Notes: generated from the letters alone by a model not told the origin. A stretch of 64,000 nt of DNA from Gemmatimonadales bacterium (GCA_035518815.1 DATIXG010000082.1:65398-129397), one strand, 5' to 3'. Shown: positions 17,516-28,450, numbered from the stretch's first letter. Made by a program: numbers and translations.

Positions 17516-20500
17516 TCAGTCGGCCGGATGCGGGACGGATGCAGGTGCGTTCGCGTGCGCGCCCTCCGGCGCGCCGGTCCACCGCTTGACGATCGCGCCC
17601 ACCCAGGTCCCGAAGTCGTCGAGGTACGTGTAGACCACCGGCACGACGACCAGCGTGAGCAAGGTGGACGTGATCAACCCGCCGATCACCGCGTGCGCCA
17701 TCGGCGCCCGGAACTCCGCGCCCGCGCCCAACGCGAGCGCCGTGGGGAGCATGCCGAAGATCATGGCGAGGGTCGTCATCACGATCGGCCGGAGTCTCAG
17801 CTCTCCGGCGTCGATCAGCGCCTGCCGCCGCTCGGCCCCCTTGTCCCGCGCCTTGTTCGCGAAGTCCACGAGCAGGATCGCGTTCTTCGTCACGAGTCCC
17901 ATCAACATGATCACGCCGATCATGCTCATGATGTTGAACGTCCCGCGCGTGAACATGAGCGCCAGCATCACGCCCACGAGCGAGAGCGGCAGCGACAGCA
18001 TGATCGCGAGCGGCTGCAGGAAGCTGCCGAACTGTGACGCGAGAATGAGATAGACGAATACGATCGCGAGCGTCAGCGATTCGATCATGTAACCCACCGT
18101 CTCCATGAAGTCCTTCTGCTCTCCGCCGAAATCAAACCGGTACCCGGGCGGGAGCTGCAGCTTGGCGAGCCGGAGCTGGACGTCCTTGACGACGTCGGTC
18201 AACGGGCGCTCCTGATAGTTTCCCTCGATGGTCGCCACGCGCTCCAGGTTCAGCCGCTTGATCTCGTTCGGCGCGCCCGAGAGCGACAGGCTCGCCACCT
18301 GGCCCAGCGGTACCATGACCGGTGCGCCGGTGCGGCGGTCTATCTGGCTCGAGGCGAGGGGGATGCCCGCGAGGTCCACGCCCGAGCGGCGATACTCGGG
18401 CGCAAGCCGCACGATAACGTCGTGGGCCAATCCGGTCTCATCTTCCCACGAGCCGGCCTTGCGGCCCGCCAGGATGGGGCGCAGCGCGTCGCCGATGGCG
18501 CCGATCGACAATCCGACGTCGGCGGCCAGATCGCGATTCACGTTGACCGAGAACTCGGGCTTCCTGCCTTCGAGGCTCGAGCGCAGATCCACGAGCCCCG
18601 GCACGTCGCGCACTGACGCGAGCGCCCGATCGGAGATCTCCTGCAGGCGGACCAGCTCCGGACCCTCGAGGTGCAGCTGGATCGGCGCCTGGCTCCCACC
18701 GGCCGCGCCGAGCTGCATGATGCGCGCGGAAATGCCCTGGAAGCGGGGGAGCACGGTACGGAGGTCTGCCTCGAGCTCCTGCTGCGAACGGTGCCGCGCG
18801 CTCTTGGGCGTGAGCTTGATGTAAATCTGTCCCTTGTTGACAGCCTCGTTCTGCTGCGCGCCTCCGATCGTCGCGTACGTGACCTCTACTTCGGGCAATG
18901 AATCGAGGTACCGGACGATCTCGAGAGCCTTGGCTGACGTGTAGCTCACCGACGAGCCGACCGGCGTTTCGATCGTCATCCCCGTCTGCTCGTTGTCCGA
19001 GTTGGGCATGAACTGCCCGCCGACCAGGCCCAGTCCGAAGAGGCTCATCGCCGCCACGAACGCGAGGGTGGCGAGCCCCATCGTCGCCATCCGGTGGTCG
19101 AGCGCCCACGCGATCACGCCGCGGTACCGCTTGCCCAGGCCGTGGAACGAATTGTTGAACCGCTCGAGCGCGCGCCCGATCGGCCCGCGCGGCGCCCCGC
19201 CTTCCGCCTGCGGGTCGTACCATAGGGACGAGAGCATCGGGTCGAGCGTGAACGACACGAACAGGGAAACGAGCACCGCGAACGCCACCGTGATGCCGAA
19301 CGGGAAGAAGAACCGTCCCACGATCCCCTTCATGAACGCCACGGGCACGAACACGGCCACCACCGACGCCGTGGTCGCGAGCACGGCGAAGCCGATCTCC
19401 GCCGTTCCGTGCCGCGCCGCGCTGTAGTGATCCTCCCCGCGCTCCACGTGGCGCACGATGTTTTCTCGCACCACGATGGCGTCATCGATCAGGATGCCGA
19501 TGGCGAGCGACAGCGCCATCAGCGTCATGACGTTGATCGTGAACCCGAATGCGTAAATCGCGAGAAACGCCGCGATCACGGAGACCGGAAGCGTGAGACC
19601 GGTGATGACCGTCGAGCGCCACGAATTCAGGAACAGGAACACGATGAGCACGGTGAGGCAGGCGCCCTCGAGGAGCGTCTTCTGCACGTCGTCCACGGAG
19701 TTGCGGATCCAGGTGGAGTTGTCCTGAATGGTCACGAGACTCACCCCGTGCGGCAGCACCTGCGGCAGCTCGTCCATGGCGCGCTTGATCCCGTCCGACA
19801 CGGCGACGGTGTTCGCGCCCGACGTCTTGCGGACCTCGAGCGCGACGGCGCGTACACCGTTGACGAATGCCGCGTCGCGCTCCTCCTCCTGCGCGTCCTC
19901 GATCCGGGCCACCTGACCCAGTCGCACGGGGATGCCCCCGCGCGACAGGACGATCAGCTTCGTGAAGTCCTCTGGCTCGCGGATCTTGCCGGCTACGCGC
20001 ACCAGGTTCTCGCCGCTCCCCTGCTCCAGCCGCCCCGCGGGCACGTCGCCGTTCTCGCGCTCCACGGCGCGGGCCACCATGTCGGGCGAGACGCCGAGCC
20101 CGTTCATGCGGTCGGGGAGCAGCAACACGTGGATCTCGCGCTTCAGTCCGCCCACGAGCGTGACGCTGCCGACGCCCGAGATGTTCTCGAGGCGCCGGCT
20201 GACGACCTCGTCGGCCAGACGGGTGAGGTCGCGCAGCTCCCAGCCCTGCCCCCGCACGGAGAGCACGAAGATCGGCTGGTCGGACGGGTTGGCCCGCGAG
20301 ATCACGGGCGGGTCGATGTCCCGCGGCAGGTCTTGGCGGATCGCGTCGATCTTGGCGCGCACGTCGGCCTGCGCGTCCATCACCTTCGTGCCCAGGTTGA
20401 ATTGCACGAAGATCGTCGAGAACCCCTCGGTGGACGTGCTTTGGATCTGCTTCACGCCCTCGACGGTGTTCACGGTCTCTTCGATCTTCTTCGTGACGTC

Positions 20501-20683
20501 GCGCTCGACCGACTCGGGGCTCGCCCCCGTGTAGCGCGTCTGGATCACGATGAAGGGAAACTCGACGTCCGGGAACTGGTCGATATTCAGCCGCCGGTAC
20601 GAGAACAACCCCAGCACCACGAGCGTCATGATCATCATCGTGGCGAGCACCGGCCGCTTGATGGAGAGATCGCTCAGGAACAC
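17516..20683 (-). CDS. RND efflux pump permease (AcrB/HAE1-like)
   Basis: 1055 aa with the typical N-terminus [28 protein letters not shown] and the duplicated 6-TM plus large periplasmic loop architecture. Confidence 0.9.
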   Translation of the reverse strand: MFLSDLSIKRPVLATMMIMTLVVLGLFSYRRLNIDQFPDVEFPFIVIQTRYTGASPESVERDVTKKIEETVNTVEGVKQIQSTSTEGFSTIFVQFNLGTKVMDAQADVRAKIDAIRQDLPRDIDPPVISRANPSDQPIFVLSVRGQGWELRDLTRLADEVVSRRLENISGVGSVTLVGGLKREIHVLLLPDRMNGLGVSPDMVARAVERENGDVPAGRLEQGSGENLVRVAGKIREPEDFTKLIVLSRGGIPVRLGQVARIEDAQEEERDAAFVNGVRAVALEVRKTSGANTVAVSDGIKRAMDELPQVLPHGVSLVTIQDNSTWIRNSVDDVQKTLLEGACLTVLIVFLFLNSWRSTVITGLTLPVSVIAAFLAIYAFGFTINVMTLMALSLAIGILIDDAIVVRENIVRHVERGEDHYSAARHGTAEIGFAVLATTASVVAVFVPVAFMKGIVGRFFFPFGITVAFAVLVSLFVSFTLDPMLSSLWYDPQAEGGAPRGPIGRALERFNNSFHGLGKRYRGVIAWALDHRMATMGLATLAFVAAMSLFGLGLVGGQFMPNSDNEQTGMTIETPVGSSVSYTSAKALEIVRYLDSLPEVEVTYATIGGAQQNEAVNKGQIYIKLTPKSARHRSQQELEADLRTVLPRFQGISARIMQLGAAGGSQAPIQLHLEGPELVRLQEISDRALASVRDVPGLVDLRSSLEGRKPEFSVNVNRDLAADVGLSIGAIGDALRPILAGRKAGSWEDETGLAHDVIVRLAPEYRRSGVDLAGIPLASSQIDRRTGAPVMVPLGQVASLSLSGAPNEIKRLNLERVATIEGNYQERPLTDVVKDVQLRLAKLQLPPGYRFDFGGEQKDFMETVGYMIESLTLAIVFVYLILASQFGSFLQPLAIMLSLPLSLVGVMLALMFTRGTFNIMSMIGVIMLMGLVTKNAILLVDFANKARDKGAERRQALIDAGELRLRPIVMTTLAMIFGMLPTALALGAGAEFRAPMAHAVIGGLITSTLLTLVVVPVVYTYLDDFGTWVGAIVKRWTGAPEGAHANAPASVPHPAD

Positions 20684-20686
20684 GGC

Positions 20687-21763
20687 TCAGCCCTCCCCGC
20701 CCGCAATGGTGACTGCCTGTCCGGGCTCGAGCCCGTTGGCGGCGCCGAGCACGACCGTTTCCCCACCTTGGAGCCCCGTGACCTGCACCAGCGACGCCTG
20801 CTCGTCCGTCGCCCCCGTCGTCACGTCGCGGCGGGCAATCCGACCGCCATCAATGACGAGCACGTAGGCCTGGGTCCCTTCCTTATGCAGGGCCGTCGCC
20901 GGCACCGCGATCGCCCCCTTGATCTCATTGAGGACGATCCGCCCCGACGCGTACAAACCGCCGACGAGCGTCCCACCCGGGTTCGACAGCGCGACATACA
21001 CCTTCACCTGTCGCGTCGCGGGATCGACCGTCGCGTTCACGCGCGACACCCGGCCGGACAAGGTGCCGTTCCCGGCACCCGTCACTGCCAGGACGACCGG
21101 CGCGTCCACGTGCACCTGGGAGGCGTACTCGCTCGGCACAGTCGCTTCGAACTCGAGCTCCGACGTGTTGACGAGCTGGAACAGCAGATCGCCGTCCTTC
21201 ACCCGGTCCCCGGAATCGACCGCGCGCTGGCTGATCACGCCGTCGGTCGGCGCGCGCACCGTGGACTCAAGAAGTTTTTTCCTGGCCAGGGCGGCGTTGG
21301 CCTCGGCCGCGCGCAGACTCACCTCGGCGTTCTCAACGTCCCGCTGAGAAACGGCTCCCTCTTTGTAAAGGTTCTGCATGCGCTCGTAGTCCGATGCCGC
21401 AAGCCGCCGCTGAGCGTCGGCCGAAAGCGCGGCCGGTTCCACGGCGCTCGTCCGGAACCGCGCCAGCGCCTGGCCCCGGCGCACCGCGTCTCCCTCCCGC
21501 ACCAGCACTTCCTCTACGACTTCCGGGATCGGCGAGGCGATACGCACGCTGACTGACGGCTCGAGCGTCCCGGAGACGGGAACTCCGGCAATCAGGTCAG
21601 CGGTGGTCGCCCGAGCCACGTCGCTCGCGCCGAGCACCGCCGTATGGCCGGCGTCCGCCGCCGGTTGGGTGGCTGCCCGCGCCCGCTCTCCGCGCCGCAC
21701 GACCAGGAGGCCGATGAGGACGACGCCGACGACGGCTCCCACGATCACGTATCGCCGCTTCAT
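20687..21763 (-). CDS. RND periplasmic adaptor (membrane fusion protein)
   Basis: 358 aa with an N-terminal anchor and HlyD/AcrA-like organisation. It sits between the OMF and RND genes with a 4-nt overlap upstream. Confidence 0.85.
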   Translation of the reverse strand: MKRRYVIVGAVVGVVLIGLLVVRRGERARAATQPAADAGHTAVLGASDVARATTADLIAGVPVSGTLEPSVSVRIASPIPEVVEEVLVREGDAVRRGQALARFRTSAVEPAALSADAQRRLAASDYERMQNLYKEGAVSQRDVENAEVSLRAAEANAALARKKLLESTVRAPTDGVISQRAVDSGDRVKDGDLLFQLVNTSELEFEATVPSEYASQVHVDAPVVLAVTGAGNGTLSGRVSRVNATVDPATRQVKVYVALSNPGGTLVGGLYASGRIVLNEIKGAIAVPATALHKEGTQAYVLVIDGGRIARRDVTTGATDEQASLVQVTGLQGGETVVLGAANGLEPGQAVTIAGGEG

Positions 21764-23157
21764 GGCTGTGTTCCCTTCCCGTTGGGGGCCTGCGCCACTT
21801 GATCGATCGGCCGCTCGACGACCGGCACCGGCCGTCCGAGCGCGCGCTCGAGCTGAGCGATTGCCACGACGTAGTCACGGAATGCCTGCACTTCGTTCAC
21901 TTCGGCCTGCGATGCCGCGACGCGCGCGTCCGACACGTCGAGCTGCGTCGACATGCCGTTCGTGTAGCGCACGCCGACCAGATACTGAGCCCGCTGGGCC
22001 TGGCGGACGGTCACCCGCCGCGCCGCGAGCAGTGCCTGCGCCCGCGCGACTTCCGCGCGTGCCTGGGCGACCTCGATATCCACCTGCCTGCGCACTTGAT
22101 CCCGCTGGGCCTCCGCGCGCAGGAGGTTGGCCTTGGCTTGCTGGATCGTTCCACTCGTGCGGAAACCCTGGAAGATCGGAATCGACAGCTTCACCTCGGC
22201 GTTCCAGCCACGCAGGTACTGCGCGTCCCACGGCAGCGCCTGCGTGGGAAACCCTTGCTCGTTGTAAATGGTCGAGACTGACAGCGTGGGCCAGCGGTCG
22301 GCCCGCGCCACTTTGACCAGATGCTCCTGCTCGATGACGGTGGCGTCCGCGGCGGCCACGCCCGCCCGGGTCGGGCCCCCGAGCGAATCCGTGGCCGGCA
22401 CCGAGATGGTCGCCTCGGGCGACACGATCTTGGTGGTGAGCACGAGCGGTTGCTCCGCGGGCAGGTCCACCAGCCGCCGCAGCTCGAGCAACGCGATGTC
22501 GTAGTTGTTCTGCGCGGCCACGACCATGGGCTCCTGGTTGGCGGCGTCTACCTGCGCGCGCAGGAGGTCGAACTCGGCGCGGGTGCCCGCCTGCTGGTAC
22601 AGCTGCACCTCGTGCAGATGCTGGCGCGCCTGGTCGAGATTGTCGACGGCGATCCTCACGAGCCGCGCACCGAGCGCCGCGTTCCAATACGCCTGCTTGA
22701 CCTGGAACGTGATATCCGCCGCGGTCTCTGATGACTGGAGGTTGGCGACCTCGCGGAACGATTTCGCCGCCCCGAGGGCCGCCCCCACCTTGCCGCCGGA
22801 CCAGAGGAGCTGCGTCGCCTGGAGCTGGAAGTTCCACTGGTTGGCGGCGCCGAACGGCGTCTTGCTGAAGTCGATCGTGCTGTCGCCCCCGCTGAGCCCC
22901 TGATAGATGGACGCGAACTGGCGCGTGTAGGTGACCGTGCCGTTGATCTGCGGCAGGGCGGACGACATCGCTTCGCGGACCTGGCCGTTGGCCTGAACGA
23001 CGTTCGCGCGCGCGATCCGCATCTCGGTCCCGTGGTCGAGCGCCCGTTGCACGGCCTGGTCGACGGTCAGGCTCAGCGTGTCGGTGGGCGCCTGGGCGGC
23101 CGCGGAGCGGGCCGTCCCGGCCAGCGCGGCGATCAACACGAGCGTCAAGCGGTGCAT
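21760..23157 (-). CDS. TolC-family outer membrane efflux protein
   Basis: Start placed at ATG 23155-23157 (MHRLTLVLIAALAG..., a signal peptide) with GGAGG 8 nt upstream; the track start 23172 is a GTG. Two OEP-type repeats. Confidence 0.85.
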   Translation of the reverse strand: MHRLTLVLIAALAGTARSAAAQAPTDTLSLTVDQAVQRALDHGTEMRIARANVVQANGQVREAMSSALPQINGTVTYTRQFASIYQGLSGGDSTIDFSKTPFGAANQWNFQLQATQLLWSGGKVGAALGAAKSFREVANLQSSETAADITFQVKQAYWNAALGARLVRIAVDNLDQARQHLHEVQLYQQAGTRAEFDLLRAQVDAANQEPMVVAAQNNYDIALLELRRLVDLPAEQPLVLTTKIVSPEATISVPATDSLGGPTRAGVAAADATVIEQEHLVKVARADRWPTLSVSTIYNEQGFPTQALPWDAQYLRGWNAEVKLSIPIFQGFRTSGTIQQAKANLLRAEAQRDQVRRQVDIEVAQARAEVARAQALLAARRVTVRQAQRAQYLVGVRYTNGMSTQLDVSDARVAASQAEVNEVQAFRDYVVAIAQLERALGRPVPVVERPIDQVAQAPNGKGTQP

Positions 23158-23158
23158 G

Positions 23159-23773
23159 TCACTTCCCTCCACGCGGCGCGAGACCCTCGATGGCGAGCAT
23201 CAAGCGCCGGCGCAGCTCGGTTCTCAGCGGAAAGGGGGGTTTCGGCGTAGCGACGAACTCGAGGATCGTGCCCTGGTGCACGCAGTGCAGCACGCCGGCC
23301 AACCGCTCCGCCGCCTCGTCCTTCCGGAGCTCGCCGTTCGCCTGGAGCTTCTGGATCAGCCGCAGCGCGAGGTCGTCCCACTGCTTGCACAGCTCGTCAT
23401 CCTCGTTGTGCTGTCGCTGCATCCACTCGTCGAGGACGTACTTCGCCAGTGCGGGCTCTTCCTCGTAGAATGCCGCCAGCTCGGAGAACATCGTGATCAG
23501 CTGGGGCCCCACCCGCCCGGGCCTCGCGACGATCGCCGCGGACTCCTCCTCGGCCTGGGCGAACCAGTCCTCGGCCAGATAGCCGAACACGGCTTCCTTG
23601 CGCGGGAAGTAGTTGAAGAATGTGCCCTTGGCGATGTCCGCCTTCTCGCAGATCTCGTCGACCGTGGTCGCTTCGACGCCCTGGCGCTTGAACAGGGCAA
23701 AAGCGGCTTTGAAGATCCGATCCTTGGTCGCTTCTTTCTTGCGCTCTCGGCGGGAGAGTTCGACTTCCGTCAT
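23159..23773 (-). CDS. TetR-family transcriptional regulator
   Basis: 204 aa. N-terminal HTH KDRIFKAAFALFKRQGVEATTVDEICEKADIAKGTFFNYF. First gene of the efflux operon. Confidence 0.9.
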   Translation of the reverse strand: MTEVELSRRERKKEATKDRIFKAAFALFKRQGVEATTVDEICEKADIAKGTFFNYFPRKEAVFGYLAEDWFAQAEEESAAIVARPGRVGPQLITMFSELAAFYEEEPALAKYVLDEWMQRQHNEDDELCKQWDDLALRLIQKLQANGELRKDEAAERLAGVLHCVHQGTILEFVATPKPPFPLRTELRRRLMLAIEGLAPRGGK

Positions 23774-23798
23774 ATATCACCTGGACTCGGGTCAAGAA

Positions 23799-23810
23799 TG
23801 ACTGCAGTCA
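23799..23810. promoter_or_regulatory. Candidate TetR operator: perfect 12-bp palindrome TGACTGCAGTCA
   Basis: It lies 26 bp upstream of the tetR ATG. A second 7-bp inverted repeat, GGAGTCG(23816-23822)/CGACTCC(23837-23843), follows. Confidence 0.4.
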
Positions 23811-23908
23811 CATTTGGAGTCGGGACAATATTAGAACGACTCCAATACGTCAAGCCCCCGCTCCCGGTTTCAGGGAGGGAGGCCGGACTGCGGGGTTTTC
23901 TGTTGGAC

Positions 23909-25528
23909 TTAGAAGACGATGCCGCGGCGGATCGTGACGGCCCACCCGTCGATGGGCGTGCCTCCGATATCAACGCCGAAGCGGTATCCGATCGCGATTT
24001 CGGTGACTTCTCCGCGCACCGCCCGCGTGGGGCCAAGCCGGGCCGAGACGCCGACGTTGCCGCCGACCCGCGTCTCCTTGCCCTGGTACCATGCTCCACC
24101 CCAATCGAAGTAGGGGGCGAGCCCGACTCCCACCAAGCCCCAAGCCTCCTCCTCCACCAGGATGCGGTCCTCGAACGCGAACCAGACCGTCCGATCGCCG
24201 GTGACGGCGTGCGCGGGGAAGAGCCGCGGCCCGGTCTGGTCCTCCCAGGGGTCGTACTCCGCACCGGGCCGGGGACGACGCAGCGCGCCGGCTTCGAAGT
24301 GAACGATGATTGTCTGGTCGGCGATATTCTGGCTCGCGATCGTCACGCCGCCGCGGATCCGGGCGGAATCGACTTCCGAGCCGGTGAAGAGTGCGTTCGT
24401 ACGCACGCGCAGCGACACGAACCCCCCGGACCAGCCGCCGCTGACTCCGCCCCCAAACTCGGCGCCGACCCCGGCTTTCCCCGCCGGGTACCCGAACGAC
24501 TCAGGGGCCGCCCACAACCCCACGCGCAGGAACTGCGAGACATTGACGTCCTCACGGCGCGCATAGGTGTTGAAGTGCCGCAGCACATGGAAGTCGGGGT
24601 GGCCATACTCGATCCCTGCGCCCACCGTACCGTAGATCGAATCAGGCAGCACTTCGAGGCCAACCGGCGTGTCGCCGACTAACTCTCTCGGCCCGAATTG
24701 CTCGCGCCGCCAGATGGCGGTCCCCCACAACCGCACATACGAGCTACTGGTTGCGTGCAGGGCCACCCCGCCGTTCACGTTGAAGCGCAGGACCTCGCGC
24801 CTCACGCTGTCCCTGAACACGCCATTCTCGAACTCGAGCACGCGGACCGTGCCGACCTCGCCGTTCGTGCCGTATGACCGCCGGGCCGCGGTCTCGTAGA
24901 ATGGCACCCCGACGCTCCACGAGGCGAGGTTGCCGTCCGAAAGCGCCAGGTAGCTCACCGACATCCGGGGGCGCCGGCCGAGGAAGTGCGGATTCGAATA
25001 CACGAATTGCCCGAGGCTCCGGTCGGGCGTCTTGGTGTACAGCGCTCTCAGCGACGTCGCCGTGCCAAGAAGGTTGTCTTCCTCAATGCCCGCCGCCCAC
25101 GTGATACTGCCGCCCGAGCTCGAGAAATTGAATTGCGGCTTCGTGCTCCATCCGTCCGCCGTCTCCACGAGCAGTGCCAGCCGCCCATGCACACGCACGG
25201 TGTCGACGCCGACCTCCCGAAATACGCCCAGGCCCCGCAGCGCCCGCGCGCTCTCCGCGACCCGCTTCGGATCGTAAGGGTCGCCCTGATTCACGGTCAA
25301 CGTCCGCCGGATGACGGAAGTACGGGTGCGCACGTGGAGCGCGTCGGCGACGCGCGTGATCATCGACGGAGTCTCGATCATCTCGCCCGGGTCGAAGATG
25401 TCTCGCGCCACGACGATGATCGTGTCGATGACGAGCGGGTCGGCCCGCGTCTGCGACTGGAGCGAACGGAGCGGCAGCGCGGCGAGGAATACGAGGCCGG
25501 CCGCTATGGCCTTACTTGATGGCATCAA
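23909..25528 (-). CDS. Omp85/BamA-family outer membrane protein (one POTRA-like region + beta-barrel)
   Basis: 539 aa with a signal peptide, alternating beta-strand pattern and C-terminal ...IRRGIVF (aromatic terminal residue typical of OMPs). Confidence 0.6.
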   Translation of the reverse strand: MMPSSKAIAAGLVFLAALPLRSLQSQTRADPLVIDTIIVVARDIFDPGEMIETPSMITRVADALHVRTRTSVIRRTLTVNQGDPYDPKRVAESARALRGLGVFREVGVDTVRVHGRLALLVETADGWSTKPQFNFSSSGGSITWAAGIEEDNLLGTATSLRALYTKTPDRSLGQFVYSNPHFLGRRPRMSVSYLALSDGNLASWSVGVPFYETAARRSYGTNGEVGTVRVLEFENGVFRDSVRREVLRFNVNGGVALHATSSSYVRLWGTAIWRREQFGPRELVGDTPVGLEVLPDSIYGTVGAGIEYGHPDFHVLRHFNTYARREDVNVSQFLRVGLWAAPESFGYPAGKAGVGAEFGGGVSGGWSGGFVSLRVRTNALFTGSEVDSARIRGGVTIASQNIADQTIIVHFEAGALRRPRPGAEYDPWEDQTGPRLFPAHAVTGDRTVWFAFEDRILVEEEAWGLVGVGLAPYFDWGGAWYQGKETRVGGNVGVSARLGPTRAVRGEVTEIAIGYRFGVDIGGTPIDGWAVTIRRGIVF

Positions 25529-26078
25529 GTCGCTGGTGCACCGCGTAGCGCGCGTGCCGAGTGGAATCGTTCCATTCGCTGAAGTAGAACGCCGCGTCCA
25601 AGCGCCCCGTCAGCTGGCGCATCCCCCGGGTCGCGAGCCGGAGCCTGCCGCGCACGGAATCGAGCTTCAGGGGCCGGCATAGACATGCGATGGTCGCGAA
25701 AGCGGGAATCCGCGCGGGCGGCGGCCCAAGCGCGAGCGATTGTCCCAGAGGGAGCTCGCGGACCCTGCCGAGCCCCAGCCCGACCGTGAGCGCGTACTCG
25801 TCGCCATCCGTGTCTGTGGGATTGAACTCGTAGCGCGCGAGCACGACATCACCCGCCGCGGCCGCGGCGCTCGTGTCGATCCGCAGGCGAGCCAGCGTGA
25901 GATGCGAATCGGGTTCGGCGACGAGCCGGCCGTGCCACTCCCAGCGGCCCAGCGTCTGGACGGCGCGGGTATCGGGTTCGCGAGGCGCGCCTCGACACCC
26001 GCTGAGCAGTGTGACCGCGGCGGCCCACAGCGGCGCGGCATCGCCCCTCAACCCTCGAGGGAAGCGACGAAGTGCCAC
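25512..26078 (-). CDS. Lipoprotein, unknown function
   Basis: 188 aa, GTG start, lipobox LLSGC. Overlaps the downstream Omp85-like gene by 17 nt. Confidence 0.5.
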   Translation of the reverse strand: MALRRFPRGLRGDAAPLWAAAVTLLSGCRGAPREPDTRAVQTLGRWEWHGRLVAEPDSHLTLARLRIDTSAAAAAGDVVLARYEFNPTDTDGDEYALTVGLGLGRVRELPLGQSLALGPPPARIPAFATIACLCRPLKLDSVRGRLRLATRGMRQLTGRLDAAFYFSEWNDSTRHARYAVHQRLDAIK

Positions 26079-26272
26079 AGCTCGACGGCGGAGAACTCCC
26101 CGAATCGCTCCTGGACGTCCCGCTCGGTCGACTCGAGAAAGATCCAGGTCGTCGCCCGGGACTTGCCCCCACCTACGAAGTGCAGACGGCCCCGTACCGC
26201 CTGCAGCTCGCCGTCAGGCTCGACCTCCACGAACACGTCCCAGCGCTGGTCTCCGCGCCTCAGCTCGCCCAT
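26048..26272 (-). CDS. Small hypothetical protein (74 aa; alternative start 26311)
   Basis: The C-terminal part of track ORF 26048-26677 is protein-like (MGELRRGDQRWDVFVEVEPDGELQAV...). GGAG lies 12 nt upstream of ATG 26270-26272. The rest of the ORF overlaps the divergent mqn-like gene. Confidence 0.4.
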   Translation of the reverse strand: MGELRRGDQRWDVFVEVEPDGELQAVRGRLHFVGGGKSRATTWIFLESTERDVQERFGEFSAVELWHFVASLEG

Positions 26273-26353
26273 GTGCTTCGCCCGCTCCTGCCCTGGAAAC
26301 GGGGCACTCATGGGAGCGAGGCACACATCGGACGATGGGGGACGGGGGCGTGC

Positions 26354-27304
26354 ATGACAGCGAACTCTACCCTCCCACCGGCAATCGTGCCAGTTAGATT
26401 CCCCGCCGCCTGCCGACGCCCGGCGGGCACCACAGGAGGACTCCTGACCACTACCACGCGCACGATCCACGTATCGCACAGCCCAGACGCGGACGACGCA
26501 TTCATGTTCTGGCCGCTTGCGGCTGGACGCATCGATAGCGGCGACCGCCGCTACGTCCATGAGCTGGCCGATATCGAGAGTCTGAACAGGCGCGCGTTGC
26601 GGGGCGAGCTCGAGGTGACTGCGGTGTCGTTGCATGCGTACGCCTACCTCACCGACCGCTATGCGCTGCTCGCGCACGGCGCGAGTATCGGCGACGGCTA
26701 CGGCCCTCGCGTGGTCGCCCGCACACCACCGCCTCCGGACCCGAGGACCGCCCTCGCGGGCCGCCTGGTAGCCGTCCCCGGCGAGCTAACCACCGCGTTC
26801 CTCGCGCTGCGCCTCTACCAGCCAGCGGTGCGACACGTGGTCGTCCCCTTCGATCAGATCGAAGACGTCGTCGCCCGAGGAGAGGCGGAGGCCGGGCTAC
26901 TCATTCACGAGGGCCAGCTCACCCATCAGGACCGGGGGCTGCACCTGTGGCTGGATACTGGCCAATGGTGGCGCGAGGAAGTCGGTCTCCCGCTCCCGCT
27001 CGGCGGGAACGTGGTCCGCCGCGACCTCGGCGCCGAGCTGACCCAAAACATTGCGCGCGACCTCAAAGCCAGCATCGAGTACGCGCTGTCCCATCGCGCC
27101 GAGGGCCTCGCCTACGCCCAGGGGTTCAGCCGCGGCCTGGACGCGGCGCGCACGGATCGCTTCATCGCGATGTACGTGAACGCATTCACCGTCGACTACG
27201 GAGCCGTGGGCCGCCAGGCTGTGCGGGAACTGCTCGAGCGCGGCGCGCGGGCGGGAATCCTGCCCCCGCCCAAGGACCTCACGTTCGTGAGTGCCGGGGC
27301 CTAG
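26354..27304 (+). CDS. MqnA/MqnD-family (futalosine-pathway menaquinone biosynthesis) protein
   Basis: IHVSHSPDADDAFMFWPLAAG... followed by a periplasmic-binding-like fold typical of the VitK2_biosynth family. The start is uncertain (ATG 26354 or GTG 26387). Confidence 0.65.
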   Translation: MTANSTLPPAIVPVRFPAACRRPAGTTGGLLTTTTRTIHVSHSPDADDAFMFWPLAAGRIDSGDRRYVHELADIESLNRRALRGELEVTAVSLHAYAYLTDRYALLAHGASIGDGYGPRVVARTPPPPDPRTALAGRLVAVPGELTTAFLALRLYQPAVRHVVVPFDQIEDVVARGEAEAGLLIHEGQLTHQDRGLHLWLDTGQWWREEVGLPLPLGGNVVRRDLGAELTQNIARDLKASIEYALSHRAEGLAYAQGFSRGLDAARTDRFIAMYVNAFTVDYGAVGRQAVRELLERGARAGILPPPKDLTFVSAGA

Positions 27305-27364
27305 CCCGCTGGCGTGCGGTGGGACCGGATACCATCTTAGGCCGGCCCCGCAAGGAGTTCGTGA

Positions 27365-28435
27365 GTGGACGAGTCCAGTGCTCCCATCGCCGTGCTCGTG
27401 GTCGACGATGAAGAGCCGATCCGCAACGCCCTCAAGAAGTTCATGGCGCAACAGCAGTTCGAGTCGTACGCCGCAGGGTCGGGGGAGGAAGCCCTCAATC
27501 AGTTGCGACGCCACAAGATCGCGCTGATGCTCTGCGACATCCGCATGCCCGGCACGAGCGGCGTGGATCTCGTCCCGCAAGCGCTCGAGATCGAACCCGA
27601 TCTCGCCATTCTCATGCTCAGCGCGGTGAACGACGCGACCAGCGCCGCCCTCTGCATGCAGCGCGGCGCCATGGACTACCTCACAAAGCCGATCGAGCTC
27701 GCCGACCTCGGGCGGGCGGTGCAACGGGCGCTCAAGCGGCGCGACTCCTTGCTTGAGAGCCGCGAGCTGAATCGCTGGCTCAAAGAAGAAGTCACCACGC
27801 GCACGGCCGAGCTGCATCGGGAGCGCCAGAAACTCGAGCGCATCTCCGTCGCGACCCTCGAGGCCCTGGTGAATGCCCTCGAAGCGAAGGACCCCTACAT
27901 GCGGGGTCACTCGGCGCGCGTCGCCGATCTCTCGGCCACGATCGCCGCGCAGCTCGGGATGCCGGACGACGAGATCGAGCACGTGCGCGTCGGGGGCCGG
28001 CTGCACGACGTAGGCAAGATCGGGACGCGCGAAGCGGTGCTCAACAAGGAGGGTCCTCTCACCCCCGAGGAATTCGAGCACGTTCAGCAGCACGTCATCA
28101 TCGGCTCCCAGATCCTCGCGCCCCTGCGCCACCTCGAGCACATCATTCCGATGGTCCGCAGCCATCACGAGCGCTGGGACGGCACCGGGTATCCTGATGG
28201 CTTGCGGGGCGAACAGATCCCGCTCGGCGGCCGGATCATCGGCGCGGCCGAGGTCTTCGACGCCCTCTGCTCCGCGCGCCCGTACCAAGACAAGCTCACC
28301 GCCGATGAGGCCGCCGAGCGTATCGGCGACCTGGCCGGTACAGTAGTCGATCCACGCGTGTACGAGGCCCTCGCGGCCGTGGTCGCCCGGCGCAGCACAC
28401 TCGTCTTTCTCGATGAGGGCGGCGCGAACCCGTAG
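27365..28435 (+). CDS. Response regulator with HD-GYP domain (c-di-GMP phosphodiesterase type)
   Basis: Receiver (VLVVDDEEPIRN...MLCDIRMPG) plus HDVGKIG and HHERWDGTGYPDGL. The GTG start has AAGGAG 7 nt upstream. Confidence 0.85.
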   Translation: MDESSAPIAVLVVDDEEPIRNALKKFMAQQQFESYAAGSGEEALNQLRRHKIALMLCDIRMPGTSGVDLVPQALEIEPDLAILMLSAVNDATSAALCMQRGAMDYLTKPIELADLGRAVQRALKRRDSLLESRELNRWLKEEVTTRTAELHRERQKLERISVATLEALVNALEAKDPYMRGHSARVADLSATIAAQLGMPDDEIEHVRVGGRLHDVGKIGTREAVLNKEGPLTPEEFEHVQQHVIIGSQILAPLRHLEHIIPMVRSHHERWDGTGYPDGLRGEQIPLGGRIIGAAEVFDALCSARPYQDKLTADEAAERIGDLAGTVVDPRVYEALAAVVARRSTLVFLDEGGANP

Positions 28436-28450
28436 CCCCGCCCCCTCCTG

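Noticed and set aside
19409-21556. 715-aa plus-strand ORF
   Set aside because: It is antisense to the RND pump and adaptor genes. An Arg/His/Asp-rich shadow frame.
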